A stretch of 64,000 nucleotides of DNA, taken from assembly GCA_963823335.1 (NCBI GenBank), contig CAWGLD010000001.1, positions 1,920,001 to 1,984,000 of the forward strand. Reading direction: 5' to 3'. A model generated the notes under the pieces. The model made no database searches. It was not told the DNA's origin and worked only from the letters and a program-made list of their open reading frames with translations. Made by a program: the position numbers and the translations under genes. Origin of the DNA: an uncultured delta proteobacterium (lineage in GTDB: Bacteria > Desulfobacterota > Desulfobacteria > Desulfobacterales > B30-G6). Positions 59,266 through 64,000 of this stretch are shown here, piece by piece. Each line of letters opens with the position of its first letter. Position 1 is the stretch's first letter.

Positions 59266-60409
59266 TATTTCCTTGAACAACCTCAAACGTCGTAAGGGAA
59301 AAGTTGTTTTTCTCGTAACGGGACTGCTGATTGGAATTGCCACCATTGTGACGCTGATATCCATTACCCAGAGCATGTCACGCGATGTGGAGGAACGGCT
59401 GGACCGGTTCGGCGCCAACATCGTCATGACCCCAAAAAGTGAAAACCTTTCCTTGAGTTACGGCGGAATTAGCGTTGGCGGTGTCAATTACGAAACAATT
59501 GAATTCATGGAGTCGGAGTTGGTGAATATCCGGAATATCAAGAACCGTGACAACCTTGGCATCATTGCTCCCAAGGTATTGGGACCCTGGGAAATAGAAG
59601 GCAAACGCGTTCTGCTCATGGGTGCAGACCTTCAGACCGAGCTGAGTTTGAAAACCTGGTGGCAGTTCGATGGCGCCCCGACGGGTAGCCCCGATGAACT
59701 GATTCTCGGATCCGAGACAGCCAGAATATTCAACCTGGCACTTGGGGATCCTCTGAAACTGGGAACCGATGTATTTAACGTGTCCACGATTCTGCACCCA
59801 ACCGGTGGCCCGGAAGATGGGATCATCATGGGGGACCTGCACCGCTTTCAAAAGGTTCTGGGCAAACCCGGACGCGTATCCATGGTGGAAATCTCAGCCT
59901 TTTGCAGGGGGTGTCCCATCACCGAAATTACCCTGCAGATTGCGGAAAAATTTCCCAACGCAAAGGTAACGGCCCTGAAACAGGCGGTCATGTCGAAAAT
60001 GCAGTCCATCGAAATGATCAGGTCCTTCAGCTACGGTGTGGCCATCCTGGTTATTTTTATTGGTTCGCTTCTCGTGTTCGTGACCATGATGGGTTCGGTC
60101 AACGAGCGCACCCGTGAAATAGGAATTTTCCGTGCTATCGGCTTCAGGCAGGGACACATCATGCAGATCATTCTTTTGGAGGCCATGGTGGTGGGATTGA
60201 TCGGCGGTTTTATGGGATATCTCATCGGCAACGGTATTGCCTGGCTGGCGATTCCGTTTATAATCCAGGAAGGCACCTTTTCCAATTTTAACCTTATCCT
60301 GGGAGGGGTTTCCCTGATTCTCTCGGTGGCCTTGAGTCTGTTGGCAAGCCTCTATCCGGCTGTGAAAGCCAGCAGGATGGATCCCAGCGCCGCCCTGCGG
60401 GCGCTATAA
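59252..60409 (+). CDS. ABC transporter permease, MacB/FtsX family
   Basis: 1+3 TM topology; SVNERTREIGIFRAIG and YPAVKASRMDP..AL motifs; TTG start after GGAGG; CRGC in the large extracytoplasmic domain. Confidence 0.92.
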   Translation: MKLYNISLNNLKRRKGKVVFLVTGLLIGIATIVTLISITQSMSRDVEERLDRFGANIVMTPKSENLSLSYGGISVGGVNYETIEFMESELVNIRNIKNRDNLGIIAPKVLGPWEIEGKRVLLMGADLQTELSLKTWWQFDGAPTGSPDELILGSETARIFNLALGDPLKLGTDVFNVSTILHPTGGPEDGIIMGDLHRFQKVLGKPGRVSMVEISAFCRGCPITEITLQIAEKFPNAKVTALKQAVMSKMQSIEMIRSFSYGVAILVIFIGSLLVFVTMMGSVNERTREIGIFRAIGFRQGHIMQIILLEAMVVGLIGGFMGYLIGNGIAWLAIPFIIQEGTFSNFNLILGGVSLILSVALSLLASLYPAVKASRMDPSAALRAL

Positions 60410-60615
60410 CTTGATACAAGGGTTTTAAGGGTCGGAGGGTGATACAAGGGTTCGAGGGTGGCTGACAGCTAAAAGCGGACAGCAGCATCCCAGCATATAA
60501 AGGTTAAAAAGGGGAACAGGGTTCATTGGGTTGATGAAACGGAAAGGATTTGAAGGCTCAATATCAGCGGCTTTAAGCAACACAATAAACCCAAAGAACA
60601 CAATGAACAAAGCAA
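60410..60615. repeat. Composite short-period repeat region, family E
   Basis: gatacaagggtt duplicated, (a)agggt units, gctgacagctaaaagc, and 9-mer units gttcattgg / acaataaac/ccaaagaac/acaatgaac. Confidence 0.6.
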
Positions 60616-60653
60616 CTAAGTTTGCAATTTAGATACGTGATAGGAAATATAAC

Positions 60654-61337
60654 ATGAACGGTAACCATCACCTGATTGAAATTCAGGATTTGGGAAGAGA
60701 ATACATGGCCGGCGACACCACGGTCTGTGCCATCGAGGAGATGAGTTTTTTCATCGACGACGGCGAGTTTGTCAGCATCGTTGGTCAGTCCGGAGCCGGA
60801 AAAAGCACACTCCTGGCGGCGCTGGGGGGGCTGAATCGACCCACCAGGGGCAATGTATGGGTGGATACACTGGATTTGTATGGTCTGACCAGTGAACAGC
60901 GCGCAGACTTCAGGAGCGAGTATGTCGGGTTTGTTTTTCAGTCCTTTCAGCTCATCCCGTATTTGACCGCTATGGAAAACGTCAAAATACCCCTTTCCAT
61001 CGCCAATGTTAAAAAGACCATTCAGGCAGAAATGGCTGCAGAGGCGCTTGAAAAAGTGGGTTTGCAGGACAAGAAAAATCGCCTGCCCGACCAGCTATCC
61101 GGAGGCGAACAGGAACGTGTGGCCATTGCTCGTGCTATCGTGAACAAGCCGCCTATCGTATTGGCCGATGAACCCACCGGAAACCTTGACAGTAAAACAG
61201 CGGATGATGTCATTGATTTGCTGAAACAGCTGAATCAGGAGGGACAGACCGTTATCATGGTGACCCACAATAAGAAATTGTGTCAACATACGAACCGAAC
61301 GGTTCATGTCAGGGATGGTCGTTGTGTTGTGGGTTAG
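60654..61337 (+). CDS. ABC transporter ATP-binding protein (LolD/MacB-type)
   Basis: GQSGAGKST Walker [24 protein letters not shown] and VTH motifs. Confidence 0.94.
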   Translation: MNGNHHLIEIQDLGREYMAGDTTVCAIEEMSFFIDDGEFVSIVGQSGAGKSTLLAALGGLNRPTRGNVWVDTLDLYGLTSEQRADFRSEYVGFVFQSFQLIPYLTAMENVKIPLSIANVKKTIQAEMAAEALEKVGLQDKKNRLPDQLSGGEQERVAIARAIVNKPPIVLADEPTGNLDSKTADDVIDLLKQLNQEGQTVIMVTHNKKLCQHTNRTVHVRDGRCVVG

Positions 61338-62359
61338 GTGCAGGTCGTGTGAAATACCTCATGCAGACGCTGGAGTTCGGTTTCCGCATCCTGGATAAGC
61401 TCGGTAATGATGTCCCTGATAGGCATTATCTTGTCCGCCAGCCCCACCGATTGCCCGGCCATTAACGATCCTGAATGAACCTTTCCTTCTATGGCCGCCT
61501 CCCGGAGGGCACCGGCCCAGAAGTTTTCAACTTCAAACTGAGCCTGATGCGGGTCTATGGTGCCACGGTCAAGCCGATCCATAACATCGAGCTGAAGTTT
61601 TCCGAACTGTGTCGTGCCTTTGTTTTTCAACGCTCTCACGGGAATGACGGGTAGACGACTGTCGAATTGAGGAGTTGCCACGGCATCTTTGGCCTTGGCT
61701 TTTCTGAAGGTTTCTTTGAACTCCGGGTGAGCCTTACACTCATCAGACATGACAAACCGGGTTCCCATCTGAATACCGGCAGCCCCCATCATGAGGAGAT
61801 GGGCCATCATGCGACCGGTTGCAATACCCCCGGCAGCAAAAATGGGTACGGTATCGATTTTAAAGAGCACTTCCTGCAGCAGTACGGAGAGCGTGACAGG
61901 ACCGATATGGCCCCCTGCTTCGGATCCCTCCAGCATCAACGCATCCGTTCCCATCTTGATGAGTCGCATAGCCAGGGGCGCAGTGGGGGCAAAACAGATG
62001 ATCTTGGCTCCGGAGTCCTGAGCCTTCTGGATTTCCGGTTCCCTTGGAATTGAGCCTGCAAACATGATGATATCACATTTCATGTCGCAGACCATTTTCA
62101 ACTGGTCCTTGTAAATCGGTGAAACAGTTATGAGGTTGATACCAAAGGGTTTGTTGGAATAGTCACGGACGGCTGCAATCTCTTTTTCAAGGGTGGCAAC
62201 GGGCGTATTACCACCGGCTAAGAATCCAAAACCATGGGCATTCCCTATATCTCCCACGAGCTTGTAATCACTGATCCAGGTCATGGCACCGCACATGATG
62301 GGATATCGACATCCCAGAAATTCCTGCCCCCGGCTTAAAAAATTATCTATCAGCATCAT
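61334..62359 (-). CDS. Nitronate monooxygenase / FabK-like flavoprotein
   Basis: YPIMCGAM, EGSEAGGHIG, AAGGI, QMGTRF and MAGQSVGL motifs. Confidence 0.88.
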   Translation of the reverse strand: MMLIDNFLSRGQEFLGCRYPIMCGAMTWISDYKLVGDIGNAHGFGFLAGGNTPVATLEKEIAAVRDYSNKPFGINLITVSPIYKDQLKMVCDMKCDIIMFAGSIPREPEIQKAQDSGAKIICFAPTAPLAMRLIKMGTDALMLEGSEAGGHIGPVTLSVLLQEVLFKIDTVPIFAAGGIATGRMMAHLLMMGAAGIQMGTRFVMSDECKAHPEFKETFRKAKAKDAVATPQFDSRLPVIPVRALKNKGTTQFGKLQLDVMDRLDRGTIDPHQAQFEVENFWAGALREAAIEGKVHSGSLMAGQSVGLADKIMPIRDIITELIQDAETELQRLHEVFHTTCT

Positions 62360-62455
62360 TATCTGGATTTGTTTTGTATGTATCCTGTTCGGACACTTTG
62401 TGCCATATGCGGGTATAAATTTAATAAAACCGAATACTCCGCTGAGAAATCCGGA

Positions 62456-62890
62456 TCAGTGGTTTATGATCTGGATGTCATCGTTGCAGGATATTTCACC
62501 ACCTGTTATCACCCTGGCAAAAATTCCTCTTTTCGGCATAATGCAGTCGCCTGCCTGGTAGTAAATGGCACACTTGTTGTGGCATTCTTTGCCTATCTGG
62601 GTGATTTCAAGAAGGACCGTGTCCCCAATCTGGAGACGGCTTCCGATGGGCAAACTGGGCAAATCAATACCGCTGGTGGCGATGTTTTCGGCAAAATCAC
62701 CGAAGTCGACATCGATGCCTTTGGCCTGCATGCCGTGAATATCTTCCGTAGCAAGAAGACTTACCTGACGGTGCCAGGGACCGGCGTGGGCATCTCCTTG
62801 GATGCCGTGACCTTCCATCAAGCGAACGACTGGAACCGGTGTCTTGCGGGTACCCTTTTTCTTGCTTATGGCGATGGATACGATTTTCAT
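62456..62890 (-). CDS. MOSC domain protein (molybdenum cofactor-related)
   Basis: GDAHAG.WHRQVSLL, GDFAENI and TQIGKECH..C.IY...GDCIMP motifs. Confidence 0.9.
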   Translation of the reverse strand: MKIVSIAISKKKGTRKTPVPVVRLMEGHGIQGDAHAGPWHRQVSLLATEDIHGMQAKGIDVDFGDFAENIATSGIDLPSLPIGSRLQIGDTVLLEITQIGKECHNKCAIYYQAGDCIMPKRGIFARVITGGEISCNDDIQIINH

Positions 62891-62908
62891 ATGGGGAGTG
62901 GTTTCCAA

Positions 62909-63298
62909 TCAGTTTCGAATCTTATCAAGGATCGGCGCAAGGACGTCACAGGACCGGCACAGCAGCATCTTTTGAGCCCAGTTTTCCTGCACTTCGTTGT
63001 TACAAAGGGTGCCACAGGTAAACCAGCACATGTCCCCTGACTGAAACTCCCAGGCTGGGCAGGCTTTGCGTTTTTCAGGAGGGCACTTTTTGATGGTCCA
63101 GCAGTTTTTCTGATGGTCCAGCAGGTCTCTTTTTTTCAATACCAGATAAAACAGCTGTCTTTCCACATGGGGAGGGATTGTTCTCCAGGCCTGCTCGTAG
63201 CTGTGAATGGCTTTGAGCGATGTCCCCAGCAACTGGGCAAGTTCCTTCTGTGTTTTTTGCAATTTTTTCCGAAACAAAGAGAATTCAACACTATCCAT
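62909..63298 (-). CDS. XRE-type HTH regulator with a C-terminal Cys/Trp-rich domain
   Basis: RKKLQKTQKELAQLLGTS...YEQ HTH, then CW...C...CPAW...CW..CGTLC...CRSC; RBS-like AAAGGGTGG. Confidence 0.8.
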   Translation of the reverse strand: MDSVEFSLFRKKLQKTQKELAQLLGTSLKAIHSYEQAWRTIPPHVERQLFYLVLKKRDLLDHQKNCWTIKKCPPEKRKACPAWEFQSGDMCWFTCGTLCNNEVQENWAQKMLLCRSCDVLAPILDKIRN

Positions 63299-63387
63299 AG
63301 AGATACCACCCTTTTTATGAATAAAGACTGTTCGGTCTTTCGGCCGTTGTTCGTCATGGTCAGATACCATCCTGTGACAACTGCAGT

Positions 63388-63417
63388 ACTATGTAACAAA
63401 GTGGTAGCTTATGTCAA
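63388..63417 (-). promoter_or_regulatory. Possible sigma70 promoter for the XRE regulator
   Basis: Minus strand TTGACA followed by a weak -10 (TACATA or CATAGT). Confidence 0.35.
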
Positions 63418-63470
63418 GGGTATTATTGCCAATAAAACCAAGGTTTCTGTCGGGATATATTGAACCGGTT

Positions 63471-64000
63471 CTATTGAAAACGGTCACTTCCGCAGAAAAC
63501 CATCACAGTATTGCCCTTGTCGATAGATGCCAGTGTCATGTTCAGTCTTGACGCGAGCTCTACGGCAAGTGCCGTGGGACGGGAGAGCGCAACGATCATT
63601 TCGAGCCCTGCCCTGGCCGCTTTTTGAACAAGCTCGTAACTTATGCGCGAGGACATCACAGCCAGGCCCGATTCGTGCAGCCGTGCCTCCATGAAAACCC
63701 GGCCGATGGCTTTGTCGAGTGCGTTGTGCCGTCCAACATCCTCTGCAAACGATAGGGGATCCAAGCGGGTATCGAGGATCATTGCCGCATGGGCGCCCCG
63801 AGTGGTCTTGTACAGCGACTGCTTATCCACGAGTTTCGCGAAGCACGACCCGACATCTCCTATGGACATAATCAGGTGTCTGGATACCGGCTTTACAATC
63901 TGATAAATATCCTTTATCAACTCCTTGCCGCAGATACCGCAGCTGGTCTGACTGACAAAGCCTCGTCTTTCCAGAAGATCTTTTACGACTTTTTTTCGTT
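63471..64000 (-). CDS. fdhD: Formate dehydrogenase accessory sulfurtransferase FdhD, 5' part outside the window
   Basis: TSCGICGK, T.GAHAA, EDVGRHNALDK, SSRISYELVQK and S.PTALA motifs. Confidence 0.92.
   Translation of the reverse strand, partial: RKKVVKDLLERRGFVSQTSCGICGKELIKDIYQIVKPVSRHLIMSIGDVGSCFAKLVDKQSLYKTTRGAHAAMILDTRLDPLSFAEDVGRHNALDKAIGRVFMEARLHESGLAVMSSRISYELVQKAARAGLEMIVALSRPTALAVELASRLNMTLASIDKGNTVMVFCGSDRFQ

Noticed and set aside
1-64000. CRISPR array or integron attC array among the many repeats
   Set aside because: Repeats are dispersed singly in both orientations; there is no regular repeat-spacer periodicity, no cas gene and no integrase
1-64000. tRNA, rRNA or transposase genes
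   Set aside because: None recognisable by eye; a tRNAscan/Infernal run would be needed to exclude them fully

Overview
Bacterial chromosomal window. It is probably from a sulfate-reducing Desulfobacterota (Desulfobacterales-like) anaerobe, inferred from gene content and intergenic repeat style. About 50 kb (1-50400) is a dense acyl-CoA / beta-oxidation catabolic region. It has 5 acyl-CoA dehydrogenases (including a FadE24/FadE23-like pair), 3 crotonases plus a MaoC-type hydratase, 3 hydroxyacyl-CoA dehydrogenases, 2 thiolases, 3 AMP-forming CoA ligases, an ADP-forming acyl-CoA synthetase alpha subunit, a two-subunit CoA transferase, a tungsten AOR, an anchorless DmsAB-like molybdoenzyme, an OYE flavoenzyme fused to an SCP2 domain, and an AbfD-like dehydratase. 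The last 14 kb hold transporters (MFS, CorA, MscS), nitronate monooxygenase/FabK, MOSC, an XRE/Cys-rich regulator and a partial fdhD. They also hold a sigma54-driven five-gene operon encoding an exported HMA protein, an exported DUF2318-like protein, a membrane-anchored HMA-like protein, a CxxC-bearing MacB/FtsX permease and an ABC ATPase; this is the best candidate for an undescribed system. Intergenic spaces carry at least five families of short palindromic repeats, one with base-pair covariation and several overlapping stop codons. Three deletion remnants lie between 16.9 and 23.3 kb. Many single-base frameshifts cluster at 7-13.5 kb and 26.5-36.3 kb and are most likely long-read sequencing errors. 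No rRNA, tRNA, CRISPR array or transposase was recognised. All assignments come from motif recognition by eye; no database searches were run.
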